Shown piece by piece: positions 62,196 through 63,426 of a stretch of 63,426 bases of DNA (position 1 is the first letter of the stretch; each line of letters starts with the position of its first letter). The stretch is from the NCBI GenBank assembly GCA_002389285.1, contig DGOF01000029.1, positions 1 through 63,426 on the forward strand, in the 5' to 3' direction. Under the pieces are notes generated by a model. That model was not told where the DNA came from. It saw only the letters and a program-made list of their open reading frames with translations, and ran no database searches. Position numbers and translations under genes: made by a program. Source of the DNA: Patescibacteria group bacterium UBA4473 (GTDB lineage Bacteria > Patescibacteriota > Gracilibacteria > UBA4473).

Positions 62196-63426
62196 TTAGC
62201 GTCTAAAAATGAGGTTTTGTCGGTCGGGTCCGGTTCCAATGATACGGATACGGGATCCAATGAGTTCTTCGAGACGGAGCACATAGGCTTGTGCATTTTG
62301 GGGAAGATCTTCAAATTTTTTAATCTGGGTGATATCTTCGTCCCATCCGGGAAGTGTTTCGTATTCGATTTCTAATTTTTTGTTTGCTTTTCGCGTCGTG
62401 GGGACGGTGAAGAGTTCTGTTTCATCGAGAAAATAACGCGTTGCTATTTTGATCTCAGGAAGTCCGGAAAGGACATCAAGCTTGGTGAGATTAATCGTAT
62501 CAATACCGTTTACTTCGACACTATTTCTTACGACGACCGCATCAAACCAACCGCATCGACGGGGGCGACCGGTGGTGGCTCCAAATTCAAATCCTTGTTG
62601 GCGGAGTTGTTCGCCTAAGTCATCTTCGAGCTCTGAGGGGAAAGGGCCTTCGCCAACACGCGTGGTATAGGCTTTTGCGATACCTACAATACCGCTTATG
62701 GCTTTAGGAGGGACTCCTAATCCGGTATTGACGCCTCCAATAGAGATAGAGCTTGAGGTTACAAAAGGATAGGTTCCATGATCAATATCGAGATGATGGG
62801 CCTGGGCGCCTTCGAAAAGTATTTTTTTACCTTCTTGGGCTGCATCAAACAAAAATTTACGTGTATCGGTCAGGAATGGTTTTACCTGCTCCCGAATTGC
62901 GAGTATTTCTTGGAATTCGGCTTCTGCGTCGAGTTCTATGTCGTAGCATTCGCTGTGAAATTTGCAGTTGGCTTCTAATTTTTCTTTGAGAAGTTCTTTG
63001 TCGAGGAGGTCTTCACAACGGATGCCGATTCGTCCAATCTTATCGGCGTAGGCGGGTCCGATTCCCCGGCAGGTGGTGCCGATTTTCTTATCGCCTTTTC
63101 GTCGTTCGAGTTCGGCATCTATTTTTTTGTGATATTCAAAGATCAAATGTGCCCGCAGTGAAACTTTAATGCGACCTTCAATATTAATGCCTTCTTTTGT
63201 AAGACCTTTGAGTTCGTCAAAAAGATCAGGGAGGCAAATAACGGTTCCATTTCCAACGACGCCGATGGTGTCTGGGTGTAAAAGTCCCGAGGGCAAAATG
63301 TGGAAAACAAATTTTTTATCATCGACAATAATCGTGTGCCCGGCATTGCCACCACCACTACTTCTGCAGATGATATCAAACTCTGCACTTGCCGCGTCTA
63401 CCATCTTTCCTTTTCCTTCATCTCCC
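62196..63426 (-). CDS. purA: Adenylosuccinate synthetase (partial; the extreme N-terminus is off-window)
   Basis: The reading frame stays open to the window edge. The last bases encode GDEGKGKMVDA (P-loop GDEGKGK), followed by GGNAGHT, GTTCRGIGPAY, GATTGRPRRCGW and LTKLDVL. Confidence 0.95.
   Translation of the reverse strand, partial: GDEGKGKMVDAASAEFDIICRSSGGGNAGHTIIVDDKKFVFHILPSGLLHPDTIGVVGNGTVICLPDLFDELKGLTKEGINIEGRIKVSLRAHLIFEYHKKIDAELERRKGDKKIGTTCRGIGPAYADKIGRIGIRCEDLLDKELLKEKLEANCKFHSECYDIELDAEAEFQEILAIREQVKPFLTDTRKFLFDAAQEGKKILFEGAQAHHLDIDHGTYPFVTSSSISIGGVNTGLGVPPKAISGIVGIAKAYTTRVGEGPFPSELEDDLGEQLRQQGFEFGATTGRPRRCGWFDAVVVRNSVEVNGIDTINLTKLDVLSGLPEIKIATRYFLDETELFTVPTTRKANKKLEIEYETLPGWDEDITQIKKFEDLPQNAQAYVLRLEELIGSRIRIIGTGPDRQNLIFRR

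Noticed and set aside
1-63426. Alternative genetic code (for example UGA recoding), as seen in some reduced uncultivated lineages
   Set aside because: All conserved housekeeping proteins come out full-length under the standard code, and their genes end at TAA, TAG or TGA at the expected positions. There is no sign of in-frame stop read-through.

Overview
63.4 kb of bacterial chromosome, densely coded with short intergenic gaps. Most of it is ordinary housekeeping: dnaA, purA, ruvA, yidD, rseP, rplY, rpmG, rpsU, trmD, rsmH, tsaC, nth, maf, uppP, lepB, nrdAB, purC, thrC, prmC and tRNA-Ala. These are interspersed with envelope genes (type IV pilin, SLH protein, M23 peptidase, a Mur-ligase/DegT/FemAB cluster) and several large proteins with no family I can recognise. 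That gene mix would fit a reduced-genome uncultivated bacterium, but that is only an inference. The left end carries a CusA/CusB-like heavy-metal RND efflux operon that runs off the window. The standout locus is 3830-11990, all on the minus strand. It holds a tightly packed three-gene operon: a stand-alone reverse transcriptase (YADD), a 1065-aa MoxR/AAA_5-like AAA+ ATPase, and a 665-aa HExxH-metallopeptidase plus vWA (MIDAS) protein. Immediately after it come four tandem ~220-nt non-coding RNA genes. Each has its own TTGACA-N16-TAAnTT promoter and its own intrinsic terminator. The four copies share a scaffold supported by compensatory base changes but have divergent 3' halves. I do not recognise this combination among the characterised RT systems I can recall (retron types, Abi RTs, DRT1-9), so I flag it as the candidate undescribed system. 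Lesser points of interest are a class Ic-type NrdB (Phe at the radical-Tyr site) behind tandem NrdR boxes, an AroK-PurN fusion, a Tam41/Mmp37-type CDP-DAG synthase homologue, a truncated WbaP-like gene, an orphan MazF-like toxin, and a non-PBP giant protein in the ftsI slot after rsmH-ftsL. All calls rest on reading the sequence and on motif recognition from memory; no searches were run. ncRNA ends are approximate (about +/-10 nt).
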